NCBI GenBank assembly: GCA_041599115.1
Contig: JBFHXF010000002.1
Span: forward strand, 1 to 53,808
Origin: Acidimicrobiia bacterium
GTDB lineage: Bacteria; Actinomycetota; Acidimicrobiia; Spongiisociales; ZC4RG35
Direction: 5' to 3'
Length of the DNA stretch: 53,808 nucleotides
The notes beneath the pieces are model-generated. The model did not search any database, was not told the origin of the DNA, and saw only the letters and a program-made list of their open reading frames with translations. The position numbers and the translations under genes were made by a program. Below, one piece after another: positions 33,854 to 42,722 of this stretch (position 1 is the stretch's first letter; each line of letters begins with the position of its first letter).

Positions 33854-36562
33854 TTGGCAAAACTGACACCCGACGCCGCTCAGCATCTGGCCGCCCTGAT
33901 CAACGCAAGCTCCGACCCGACAGGAGCGTGGCAACGGATGACGCCAATCATCGCCGCCGACCCGGGAATAGCCGGCTCCCCAGCCGATCGGACCAAGCTC
34001 CTGTCGATTGTCACATCGAGCCGTGCCCTGGCCCGAACCCTGGCTCTACACCCCGGCCTTCTCAGGACCGCGCCACCGGGATCGAGCATCACACTGCAGG
34101 TGAGATCGGCCCTGGCTTCGATTGCGGGTGATGATCTCAGCGGTGTGATCGATATGGCCGACGCCACGGCCAGGTTCTCGGATGCAATCGACGAGATCGT
34201 CGGGAATCAGCTGGTCGCCGCCCGTCGCGCAATCGAACCAAGTCATCCCGTGGTCGGAGACCTTCCCTTCGCCGTCATCGCCATGGGAAAATGGGGAGCC
34301 CGGGAACTGAACTACGCCTCCGACGTGGACCTGCTGTTCGTCCACGATGCCGGGGGGCTCGATCCGTCTGCGGCGAGGTTGGCGGCGCTGGGCCTCGCCA
34401 GCCGGCTCATGGGTGATCTCTCAGCCGCCACATTCGACGGCCCCGCCTTGCTGGTCGACGCAGACCTGAGGCCCGAAGGCACCATGGGGCCTCTCTCGCG
34501 GAGCATCGAAGGATACGAGAGGTACTACCGCGAGTGGGCGGAGGCGTGGGAGCTCCAGGCATTGCTCAAGGCGAGAGCCGCCGCCGGTGATGCAGATCTC
34601 GGAAGGCGGTTCATCGGCCTGGCCACCAGGGTCATCTGGGAGCAAGGTCTGGATGCAGAAGCTCTGAGGAGCATTCGCAAGATCAAGGAGCAGGTCGAGC
34701 TGACCGCCTCATCTTTCGACATCAAGAGGGCTCGAGGCGGCATCAGAGACATCGAATTCACCACCCAGGTTCTTCAACTGGTGCATGGAAGACTCGACTC
34801 CGACCTGCGGAGCCCAAGGACGCTCGACGCCCTGGCCGCACTCTCGGAGCATGGCTTCATCGAAGCGGAGGACAAGGACGTGCTGAGCCGCTCCTATCGC
34901 TTCCTGAGGAACCTAGAGCACAGGATCCAACTCTGGGACCTCCGTCAGTCGCACACCTTGCCGGCCGACACCGAGGACAGGGCTCGAATCGGCCGATCGC
35001 TCGGTTTGAAGGGTGATCCGGCGGAGGCTCTCACCGAAGAACTGGCCCGGGTGCGATCTTCGGTGCGTGACATCCATGAGCGGCTCTATTTCAGACCGAT
35101 ACTCGATGCTCTCGTGGGATCGCCGAGCGCTCGCATCGGGATCGAACAAGCTGCATTGCGCCTGGAAGCCCTGGGCTTCGCTGACGTAACGGCGGCGACC
35201 CGAGCCCTGGAAGAAATGACCTCGGGGGTGACCCGCCGCTCACGAGTGATGAATCAGGTACTACCCCTGATGCTGGATTGGTTGTCCCTGTCACCGGATC
35301 CCGACATGGGGCTCAAGCAACTGCGGATGCTGCTCAGCCGCGGTTCGGATCATTCTCATTTGATAGTCCTGCTGCAAAACAACCCGTTGGCAGGGGAACG
35401 ACTGTGTCATCTCCTCGGCACCGGCCGGCTCATGGGGGAACTGATCGATCGGATCCCCGAATTCGTGCCCCGACTGGCCGACGATGCTCTTCTCGACGAT
35501 ATTCGAGGGGCGAAGGCCGCCGCCGACCGACTCACCCAGCTGCTCGATTCCCGGCCGGACCCCGAAGCCAAACTGGGCACCATCCGCCGGTTTGCCAGAA
35601 GGCGAAAACTGCGAATCGCCGCCCGGGATGTCCTCACTGACGCACCCGTGTCGGCCACGATCGAGGCCCTATCGAACAGTGCCGACGCTGTCATGAGCGG
35701 AGCCCTCAAGATCATCGACAGCGATGGGACAGCAGACTTCGCGGTCGTTGCGATGGGCAAATGGGGCGGTCGGGAGCTCTCATACGAGTCAGACCTCGAC
35801 GTCATGTACGCCTTCTCCCATGATGACAATCGGGATAAGGCTCTCAAACTCTCGTCCGAGCTGAGCAGGGTGCTCTCTGAACCGAGCAAACACGGTGAGG
35901 CCTATCTGCTCGACTCCGCTATCAGGCCCGAAGGGAAGAGTGGGCCGCTGGCTCGATCACTGGACAGTTATCGACGCTATTACCAGGAATGGGCTGAACC
36001 CTGGGAGTTGCTTGCCCTGATCCGGGCGAGACCCATCGCCGGGAACAAGGCGACCTGTGAGGGATTCATGGAGGGAATCGAGCCCATGGTGTGGCGGCCA
36101 GAAGTGCCCCTCGAAATGGTCCGGGCCATCCGATCCATCAAGGCTCGGGTCGAAGCCGAGAGGATTCCTCCTGGGGAAGATCCCGACTACCACCTCAAGC
36201 TGGGCAAGGGTGGGCTCAGCGACGTCGAGTTCCTCGTCCAGATGCTCCAACTACAGAACGGCGGACGCCAACCAGCGCTGCGTGTGACCGGGACATTGGA
36301 TGCGCTGCGACGCCTGTACGAAAGTGAGTACCTGACATCCGATGAGTTCCGGATTCTCGAAGAAGCCTATTTGTTCTGCACGCAGCTGAGGCTCCGACTA
36401 CACCTGCAGACGGGACGCGTGACCGACTCTCTGCCCACCGAGAGACTCTCTCTCGCCAGGGCCGCAGCCTCGCTTGGCTATGACCGGGCCTCCGACCTGA
36501 GGGAGCACTATCGCAGAGTCACCCGGCGCGCCCGCCAAGTATTCGAACGACGGTTCTACTAA
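33854..36562 (+). CDS. glnE: Bifunctional glutamine synthetase adenylyltransferase / adenylyl-removing enzyme
   Basis: It has two nucleotidyltransferase repeats: 'FAVIAMGKWGARELNYASDVDLLFVHD' and 'FAVVAMGKWGGRELSYESDLDVMYAF'. The start is uncertain. I chose TTG at 33854 to avoid overlap with divergent nadE; the track start at 33422 lies inside nadE. Confidence 0.85.
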   Translation: MAKLTPDAAQHLAALINASSDPTGAWQRMTPIIAADPGIAGSPADRTKLLSIVTSSRALARTLALHPGLLRTAPPGSSITLQVRSALASIAGDDLSGVIDMADATARFSDAIDEIVGNQLVAARRAIEPSHPVVGDLPFAVIAMGKWGARELNYASDVDLLFVHDAGGLDPSAARLAALGLASRLMGDLSAATFDGPALLVDADLRPEGTMGPLSRSIEGYERYYREWAEAWELQALLKARAAAGDADLGRRFIGLATRVIWEQGLDAEALRSIRKIKEQVELTASSFDIKRARGGIRDIEFTTQVLQLVHGRLDSDLRSPRTLDALAALSEHGFIEAEDKDVLSRSYRFLRNLEHRIQLWDLRQSHTLPADTEDRARIGRSLGLKGDPAEALTEELARVRSSVRDIHERLYFRPILDALVGSPSARIGIEQAALRLEALGFADVTAATRALEEMTSGVTRRSRVMNQVLPLMLDWLSLSPDPDMGLKQLRMLLSRGSDHSHLIVLLQNNPLAGERLCHLLGTGRLMGELIDRIPEFVPRLADDALLDDIRGAKAAADRLTQLLDSRPDPEAKLGTIRRFARRRKLRIAARDVLTDAPVSATIEALSNSADAVMSGALKIIDSDGTADFAVVAMGKWGGRELSYESDLDVMYAFSHDDNRDKALKLSSELSRVLSEPSKHGEAYLLDSAIRPEGKSGPLARSLDSYRRYYQEWAEPWELLALIRARPIAGNKATCEGFMEGIEPMVWRPEVPLEMVRAIRSIKARVEAERIPPGEDPDYHLKLGKGGLSDVEFLVQMLQLQNGGRQPALRVTGTLDALRRLYESEYLTSDEFRILEEAYLFCTQLRLRLHLQTGRVTDSLPTERLSLARAAASLGYDRASDLREHYRRVTRRARQVFERRFY

Positions 36563-36590
36563 CAATCGGGGATCTCGTTAGCCTGTCGGC

Positions 36591-37748
36591 ATGGTGACCC
36601 CGGAAAGGCTCTCGGGGTTGGTCGAGGGAATCGCATCCAAGGCTGTCGACTTGCGACGCCTGCTCCACCGACACCCGGAGCCGTCCTATCAGGAATATCA
36701 GACCACGGCACTGATCGCGGCCGCCCTCGATGAAAACGGGATCGCCTACCACGATCGGAAACCCCAAACAGGTCTGTGGCTGGATCTTGGAGGAGAAGCC
36801 TTGGTTGCGTTTCGGGCCGACCTGGACGCCCTGCCAATCCTCGAGCCAGAGGGGAACATCCCCTGCTCCCAGAATCCCGGATGGATGCATGCGTGCGGGC
36901 ATGACGCCCATGCCGCCATCGCCTTTGGGATCGTGCTGGTTCTTCGCCAGTTGGAGTTGCCCGGCGGAGTGAGGATTCTCTTCCAACCGGCTGAGGAGGC
37001 CTTTCCGGGCGGCGCGGCCGACATGGTCTCGGATGGGCTGGTGGCGGGGCTCAAGTCCATTTTGGCGTTCCATGTAGATCCGACGGTCCCCACGGGGATG
37101 GTCGGAGTTCGCACCGGACCGGTAACGGCCAGTGCGGACAAGTTCACGCTCGAGTTGGAAGGGCCCGGTGGGCATACCGCCAGACCCCATAGGACGGTGG
37201 ATCTGATCGCGGAGGCCGCCAGAGTGGTCCACGACCTGCCGGGTGCACTCAGACGGAGTGTCGATGCCCGCAGCCCGATGACCGTCGCGTTCGGATCAAT
37301 CCATGGCGGCCGATCGGGAAACGTGATCCCGACCAAGGTCGAACTCAAGGGAACGGTTCGCACCCTGGATCACGAACTCTGGGAAGCTCTGCCGGGGCTC
37401 ATCGACAAGGCACTCACCTCAGTCCTCGCCGGCTCGGGAGCGGAGTTCTCCCTCGAGTATCTGCATGCCATCCCGCCCGTGATCAACGACGAATCGGTCG
37501 CCCAGGTGGCATCACAGGGAATATCAGAGATGTGGGGCTCCGACACAGTGACAATGACTCAGCCGAGCATGGGTGGCGAGGACTTCGCCAACTACCTCTC
37601 GGTCATCCCGGGCGCCCTTCTCCGGCTCGGCACATCCGGCGATGGAAGCGATCTTCACGCTCCCAGCTTCCATCTGGACGAGGGATCTATCGCCCACGGG
37701 ATCAGAGCCGGCGTTGCCGGGCTTCTCGCCTTGCTGGATGGACTGTGA
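36591..37748 (+). CDS. M20D-family amidohydrolase (N-acyl-amino acid amidohydrolase / hippurate hydrolase-like)
   Basis: 385 aa. It has 'LHRHPEPSYQEYQT', 'MHACGHDAH', 'FQPAEE' and 'GGEDF'. Confidence 0.88.
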   Translation: MVTPERLSGLVEGIASKAVDLRRLLHRHPEPSYQEYQTTALIAAALDENGIAYHDRKPQTGLWLDLGGEALVAFRADLDALPILEPEGNIPCSQNPGWMHACGHDAHAAIAFGIVLVLRQLELPGGVRILFQPAEEAFPGGAADMVSDGLVAGLKSILAFHVDPTVPTGMVGVRTGPVTASADKFTLELEGPGGHTARPHRTVDLIAEAARVVHDLPGALRRSVDARSPMTVAFGSIHGGRSGNVIPTKVELKGTVRTLDHELWEALPGLIDKALTSVLAGSGAEFSLEYLHAIPPVINDESVAQVASQGISEMWGSDTVTMTQPSMGGEDFANYLSVIPGALLRLGTSGDGSDLHAPSFHLDEGSIAHGIRAGVAGLLALLDGL

Positions 37749-37749
37749 G

Positions 37750-38766
37750 CTAGAGCGCCAACCCGACGACAGGGGCAATGGCCTTCAGATCTCGCATGAG
37801 GTCGGCGAACTGAGCTGGCAGGAGCGCCTGGTCGCCATCGACTTTTGCGGCTTTTGGATCCGGGTGGACGTCGATGAGAAGCCCATCGGCGCCGACTGCC
37901 AGCGCGGCTCTGGACAGAGCGGGTACCAGGTCGGCTCTCCCGGCAGCATGAGACGGGTCAACCATCACCGGCAGATGGCTGAGACCCTTGGCGAGAGGAA
38001 CTGCAGAAAGATCGAGCGTGTTTCGCGTCGAGTGCTCAAAACTGCGAATGCCCCGCTCGACCAGCACCACGTTCGAATTGCCCTCCGAATAGACGTATTC
38101 CGCAGCGCTGAGCCACTCCTCGATGGTGGCGGTCCTTCCCCGCTTGAGAAGCACCGGCTTGGGCTGCCGGCCCACCTCTTTCAACAATGCGTAGTTGGAC
38201 ATGTTTCTCGTCCCTATTCGCAACAGATCGGCATATGAGGCGACTAGCTCCACATGCCTGGGATCGAGAACCTCGGCCGTGAACGGGAGCCCGGTCTCGT
38301 CCCGAGCATCGGCCATGATCTTGAGGGCATGTTCACCAAGGCCCTGGAACGCGTAAGGAGAGGTCCTCGGTTTGAAGGCGTCCCCGCGCAACATTCGGGC
38401 TCCACTGGCGGCGACCGACCGGGCGGTGTTGAGCATTTGCTCCTTGCTCTCGACCGCACAGGGCCCGGCGATCACGATGAACGTCCCACCCCCGATGGCG
38501 ACACCGGATGCGTCGATCACGGAACTCTTCGAGGAATATGCCCGAGAGACCAATCGAGCCGGACCCTCGACCCTGATCACACGCTCAACGGAATCGAGCC
38601 CAACCAGAGACGCGGTGGTCGCGGACTCCATCGCTCCGGTGAGAACGACAGGGCGGTCTTGATCGGTGACGACCTCTGCGTCGAGACCGGCATCAGCCAG
38701 AAGATCGATGACCTCCGCCACGGCATCTTCGGAAACGTATGGGCGCATAACGATGATCATTGGCAC
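37750..38766 (-). CDS. 3-deoxy-7-phosphoheptulonate (DAHP) synthase, type I-beta with N-terminal ferredoxin-like regulatory domain
   Basis: 338 aa. The catalytic core has 'IAGPCAVES', '[19 protein letters not shown]', 'LRIGTRNM', 'LKRG' and 'DPSH'. It is preceded by a roughly 70-aa regulatory-type domain. Confidence 0.9.
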   Translation of the reverse strand: MPMIIVMRPYVSEDAVAEVIDLLADAGLDAEVVTDQDRPVVLTGAMESATTASLVGLDSVERVIRVEGPARLVSRAYSSKSSVIDASGVAIGGGTFIVIAGPCAVESKEQMLNTARSVAASGARMLRGDAFKPRTSPYAFQGLGEHALKIMADARDETGLPFTAEVLDPRHVELVASYADLLRIGTRNMSNYALLKEVGRQPKPVLLKRGRTATIEEWLSAAEYVYSEGNSNVVLVERGIRSFEHSTRNTLDLSAVPLAKGLSHLPVMVDPSHAAGRADLVPALSRAALAVGADGLLIDVHPDPKAAKVDGDQALLPAQFADLMRDLKAIAPVVGLAL

Positions 38767-38825
38767 ACCTGGGTGAGACCTAGAGGGTAGTCAACTGTGA
38801 AAGGACAGTTACCATCGGTTACCCC

Positions 38826-39554
38826 ATGACTGCCGACCCGGACACATCGACGACACCCGCATACCAGCCTCACATCGGCGAGACCCGCCAGTACTGGCGG
38901 GACATAATCCTGGGTGTCAACGACGGGCTCGTCTCGATGTTCCTACTTGTCGCCGGGGTCGTAGGTGGAGGTCTCGACACGAAACAGGTGTTGCTGACCG
39001 CTCTCGCCGGGGCCCTTGCGGGGGCGGTATCCATGGCAGCGGGAGAGTTTCTGGCTACCAAATCCCAGGACGAAGTCCTGGAATCGGAGTTGGCCCTAGA
39101 GCGGACCCACATTCGCGACCATCGCGAAATGGAACTGGCTCAACTCCGGGAGATGTTCGCCGACATGGGGATTGCCGAGAACGATCTCGATCAAATCGTG
39201 AGTTCGTTCGATCGCTCCGACGATGCGATCCTGAACGCCATGAAGGCTCTCGAGTTCGGCTTCGTGGAATCGGAGAGACGCTCCCCGTATCGGGCGATGC
39301 TGGCCTCCGGAAGCCTGTTCCTGTTGGGCTCGCTTCCCTCGGTCCTGCCATTCGCCTTCTTGAGCACACCTACGGCGGGACTCCTCTGGGCGACCCCGCT
39401 GGCATTGGGCGGGCTCTTCATCGTGGGAGTGGCCAAAGCCCGGGTTACCCGCAACAACTGGCTGCTGTCCGGTCTCGAGAACATGGCCATAGCCGGTGTC
39501 GGCGGGCTCATCGCCTGGTTGATCGGTGACGCTGTGGGTGCGGCTCTGGCCTGA
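38826..39554 (+). CDS. VIT1/CCC1-family iron/manganese transporter
   Basis: 242 aa. It has 'ILGVNDGLVSMFLLVAGV', 'SMAAGEFLATKSQ', an acidic cytosolic helical segment, and C-terminal TM helices. Confidence 0.85.
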   Translation: MTADPDTSTTPAYQPHIGETRQYWRDIILGVNDGLVSMFLLVAGVVGGGLDTKQVLLTALAGALAGAVSMAAGEFLATKSQDEVLESELALERTHIRDHREMELAQLREMFADMGIAENDLDQIVSSFDRSDDAILNAMKALEFGFVESERRSPYRAMLASGSLFLLGSLPSVLPFAFLSTPTAGLLWATPLALGGLFIVGVAKARVTRNNWLLSGLENMAIAGVGGLIAWLIGDAVGAALA

Positions 39555-39613
39555 TTGCTCGCAGCTAGCGCAACGCTTACTATAACTAGCGGTTAGCGGT
39601 AAGCTTTCGTGAG

Positions 39614-39979
39614 ATGAGTGAGAGCAAGCATCTGGATCTCGGGGCCTTCATCCGCGAGCACAGGGAGCGAGCCAATCTCTCCCTCAGACGATTGGCCGAT
39701 TCGGCCGGCATTTCCAACCCGTATCTGAGTCAAATCGAGCGGGGGATCAGAAGGCCATCGGCTGAGATTCTCAAGAGACTGTCGCGGGCCCTCGAGATAT
39801 CGGCAAACAGCCTCTACGCCAGGGCGGGTCTTCTCGATGAGGAGAGGCGGTCCCCGACAGTCACCGAGGCAATCAACTCCGATGGACGGCTGAGTGCCAG
39901 TCAAAAACGGGTGCTTCTCGACATGTACAAGGCTCTCATCCAGACAACTGGGTCGGAGCAGGCAATACCGCTGAAATGA
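39614..39979 (+). CDS. XRE-family helix-turn-helix transcriptional regulator
   Basis: 121 aa. 'FIREHRERANLSLRRLADSAGISNPYLSQIERGIRRPSAEIL' is a classic Cro/C1 HTH. Confidence 0.85.
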   Translation: MSESKHLDLGAFIREHRERANLSLRRLADSAGISNPYLSQIERGIRRPSAEILKRLSRALEISANSLYARAGLLDEERRSPTVTEAINSDGRLSASQKRVLLDMYKALIQTTGSEQAIPLK

Positions 39980-40461
39980 GGTACAGAATGAAAGCGAAGA
40001 ACGTTCTCTATGCAGCCGTCGGTGCGCCGGTCGTAGCTGCACGCAAGGTCGGCACACGGGCCACCGACCTCAGCACCAAACTGAGCGAGCAGGCCAACCA
40101 ATACTCCCAGTCATTGGAGGAAGCCCTCGACAGCTGGGCCACCGAAGGGGAGAAGATGGTCACTCGGATCAGACAGGGGAAGGTGGTCGACGAACTGACG
40201 TCCAAGGTCGACCTCGACCAGGCCAAGGAGCAGGTCAGCAAGCTGCGTGACCAACTCGAAGACATGCTCTCCACGTGGCGCGCTTCCTTCAGGCCCGAAA
40301 AGGCCGACTCCGGGGAGATCGAGACAACCGTTGCCACGTCCGACGAGGCGACGGTCGGGGCCACGCACGCCGAAACTTCTGCAAGCGAGGCCAAGGAGCC
40401 GACAGCAGAGAACACGGGCATCGAGTCCGGGTCGGAATCGGAAATCGACCAGGCCTCGTAG
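39976..40461 (+). CDS. HbhA-like / phasin-like coiled-coil protein
   Basis: 161 aa. 'LYAAVGAPVVAARKVG' is followed by long amphipathic helices and an acidic tail. The ATG overlaps the XRE stop (ATGA). The XRE + HbhA-like arrangement resembles M. tuberculosis Rv0474-Rv0475. Confidence 0.55.
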   Translation: MRYRMKAKNVLYAAVGAPVVAARKVGTRATDLSTKLSEQANQYSQSLEEALDSWATEGEKMVTRIRQGKVVDELTSKVDLDQAKEQVSKLRDQLEDMLSTWRASFRPEKADSGEIETTVATSDEATVGATHAETSASEAKEPTAENTGIESGSESEIDQAS

Positions 40462-40480
40462 CCTCACATCTTCTCATTTG

Positions 40481-40509
40481 ATCAGGGGGCCCTCCAGGGG
40501 CCCCCTGAT
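40481..40509. terminator. GC-rich perfect hairpin between convergent genes (candidate bidirectional terminator)
   Basis: ATCAGGGGGCCC-TCCAG-GGGCCCCCTGAT forms a 12-bp perfect stem with a 5-nt loop. It lies 20 nt after the HbhA-like stop and about 50 nt after the DUF4332 stop. Neither side has a clear U-tract. Confidence 0.45.
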
Positions 40510-40557
40510 GATTCAATGGTCTCGGGTCCGGGTCGGAGGATCGATACTCGGATGCAC

Positions 40558-40968
40558 TCAGAGAGTAGGGTCGACCAGTTTGGCGGCCTCAATCCACTTC
40601 TCCACCATGGATTCTGTGGGAAGGCGCCGGACCACCTTCTGAGAGCCGTTGAGACTGATGATCTTGGCCAAAAGGGCAGTGGGGTTGCGTCTCCGCAGAT
40701 CGCGAACCGTTTCCACCCCGGCGGCGACCAGTAACTCGGCGTACTCGGCGCCGACGCCGCCCACTGCGAGAAGATCGCAATGGTTGACCCACTGCTGGAG
40801 AAGTCGCGCCTCGATGCCGCAAGCGTCGGCCAGCTCGACGCGACCTTTTCTGGTCGCCGCTGACTGACTCAGACCCCTCGCCGTCCGGATGCCGGCCTTT
40901 CGCAACTTGGTGGCGTTCTTCTGGTCTATTCCGGCCACCTGGTCGACACGCGCCATTTGCCCATTCAC
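40558..40968 (-). CDS. DUF4332-type helix-hairpin-helix domain protein
   Basis: 136 aa. Repeated HhH-like segments include 'VAGIDQKNATKLRKAGIRT' and 'VGGVGAEYAELLVAAGVETVRDL'. Confidence 0.7.
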   Translation of the reverse strand: MNGQMARVDQVAGIDQKNATKLRKAGIRTARGLSQSAATRKGRVELADACGIEARLLQQWVNHCDLLAVGGVGAEYAELLVAAGVETVRDLRRRNPTALLAKIISLNGSQKVVRRLPTESMVEKWIEAAKLVDPTL

Positions 40969-41013
40969 TCCGCTTGTCTGAACTCGGGGGACTCTATACG
41001 AATGTCCGGCAGG

Positions 41014-41619
41014 TCATAAATGGTGTTTGGGTCTCAGATCGACGATGTCCTCTTCGGTGTCGACATCGCGCGGTGCGAGATCAGACGACCACACCTCGTT
41101 CACCCACTCGGGATGTGCCTGCCAGAGGCGGGCGGCGCCCTCGTCACCTTCCAGGGACATCAACCTGGGCCAGAGCGAACGATTGACGATCACCGGGTTT
41201 CCTGAGGTGTACCTGTACTTCGGTACCGTCACTGCCTGATCGGATCGTCGGTGTGAATCGAGGAGCTCAGAGACCAGCTCCACCGAAACATCGGGCTGAT
41301 CGCCAATCACGATTAGCGCCATATCGCAGCGCGACAATCGCGTCAAAGCGTCCAACCCGACTCGGATCGAGGACGCGATGCCTTCCTCCCACTCCGGATT
41401 CTCAATGACTCCTGCCTCGCCAAGATCACAATTCGCGATTATCCGGTCGGCTTCATATCCCAACACCAACCAGATCTCATCCGTCTCGAACTCTTCAGTC
41501 CTGCGCAAGACATGTTCGAGGAGGTTGGTTTCGCCCCACGGCTCGAGTTGCTTTGGACGACCCAGACGGCGGGAACTCCCGGCGGCGAGAACCAGTGCGG
41601 CAACTGACATGGGCGGCAC
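41014..41619 (-). CDS. MobA-like NTP transferase (molybdenum cofactor cytidylyl/guanylyltransferase, MocA-like)
   Basis: 201 aa. It has 'ALVLAAGSSRRLGRPKQL' and 'IVIGDQPDV'. Confidence 0.8.
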   Translation of the reverse strand: MPPMSVAALVLAAGSSRRLGRPKQLEPWGETNLLEHVLRRTEEFETDEIWLVLGYEADRIIANCDLGEAGVIENPEWEEGIASSIRVGLDALTRLSRCDMALIVIGDQPDVSVELVSELLDSHRRSDQAVTVPKYRYTSGNPVIVNRSLWPRLMSLEGDEGAARLWQAHPEWVNEVWSSDLAPRDVDTEEDIVDLRPKHHL

Positions 41620-41636
41620 GCTAGTTGGGCGCTGCT

Positions 41637-42392
41637 TTAGACCCGTAAAGCTCTCCCGATCAGGTCCACCGGCTTATCAACCGAGTATCGAGCGGCGATC
41701 ATCTCACCGAGAATCGCAATAGCGGTCTCCCCGGCCGTGCGTGATCCTATGTTCAGCCCGATTGGACCGTGGATGCGATCGACCTGGTTCTCTCCGAACC
41801 CGTCCGCGAGGAGCCTTTCCCGCCTTCGCGCCGTCGTCTTCGCCGAACCCATCGCACCGACGTAACGGGCGTCCGACGGAAGGACGATCGGCCAGAGCGG
41901 GTCTTCGAACCTGCGGTCATGTGTCAGAACCACGACAAAAGCGTGCCGGTCAAAGCTGCCGGTATCACACACATCGTCGGGCCATCCCACCCTCAGCTCG
42001 TCGGCGTCCGGAAATCGGTCCGATGTGACGAAGGCCGGGCGTGGATCGGCGACCACCGTTCGAAATCCGAGCAGAGAGGCATGGGTCACCAATTCCTGGG
42101 CGATGTGGACCGCACCAAATACGAACAAGGTCGGACGCGGTGTGAGAACTTCGTAGAAAAGCTCGTCGTCGCCGTAGGAGAGTGTCACGCTTTGTTCGCG
42201 ATCGATCAGCGATATTGCGTCGGCCCTCACCGACTCAGAGATGTGCGCCGGCAGCCGGCCGGCCAACAGAGATCCATCGCCGTCCAAAACAGCCTTACTC
42301 CCAGACTGCCCGCCTGCAATGAAAGTGACTACCGCACCGGCCGAGTCCGACTCGACCAGAAGTTTGAGAGAGCGTGCGATCTCATCGCTCAC
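41637..42392 (-). CDS. XdhC-family accessory protein (second XdhC_CoxI-like segment plus Rossmann-like C-domain)
   Basis: It has '[26 protein letters not shown]', '[14 protein letters not shown]' and 'YVGAMGS...T'. The GTG at 42392 overlaps the stop of the upstream ORF (GTGA). The track start at 42428 is the alternative. Confidence 0.8.
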   Translation of the reverse strand: MSDEIARSLKLLVESDSAGAVVTFIAGGQSGSKAVLDGDGSLLAGRLPAHISESVRADAISLIDREQSVTLSYGDDELFYEVLTPRPTLFVFGAVHIAQELVTHASLLGFRTVVADPRPAFVTSDRFPDADELRVGWPDDVCDTGSFDRHAFVVVLTHDRRFEDPLWPIVLPSDARYVGAMGSAKTTARRRERLLADGFGENQVDRIHGPIGLNIGSRTAGETAIAILGEMIAARYSVDKPVDLIGRALRV

Positions 42393-42697
42393 CACGGTTC
42401 GATGTACACCTGAATCGTCCCACCACATGCCAGACCCACGGCAAAAGCGTCCTCATCGGCGATCCCATAAGTGACCAGCTCGGGAGTCTGGGTATCCAGA
42501 ACAGCGAGGGCGCGAACCACGACGTCGTTCTCGACACACCCACCTGACACGGACCCGGCCATCTCGCCCTCCGAGGAGACGAGCATGGCGGAACCGGGAC
42601 CCCGGGGTGAGGAGCCGTAAGCCCTGACCACTGTGGCCTTGGCAACTCCTTTTCCCTGCCTCTGCCACTGATCCACCATTTCCAGTGTTTCGCGCAT
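42389..42697 (-). CDS. XdhC/CoxI N-terminal-domain protein (stand-alone, 102 aa)
   Basis: [56 protein letters not shown]...[13 protein letters not shown] is the canonical XdhC_CoxI domain. I take the start at ATG 42697, because the track start at 42808 overlaps the upstream gene. Confidence 0.75.
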   Translation of the reverse strand: MRETLEMVDQWQRQGKGVAKATVVRAYGSSPRGPGSAMLVSSEGEMAGSVSGGCVENDVVVRALAVLDTQTPELVTYGIADEDAFAVGLACGGTIQVYIEPW

Positions 42698-42722
42698 CCT
42701 CTGGAGCGTACCTGACGACCCG

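Noticed and set aside
38767-38825. Possible metal riboswitch (yybP-ykoY type) upstream of the VIT1 transporter
   Set aside because: The spacer is only 59 nt, too short for that riboswitch, and I saw no conserved helices.
42389-42428. Possible frameshift or pseudogenisation splitting a single XdhC gene
   Set aside because: The first ORF ends after the complete CoxI domain ('[11 protein letters not shown]'). Its TGA overlaps an in-frame GTG of the second ORF (GTGA at 42389-42392), the same coupling used throughout this window. A natural two-gene arrangement is therefore more likely, though read data should confirm it.
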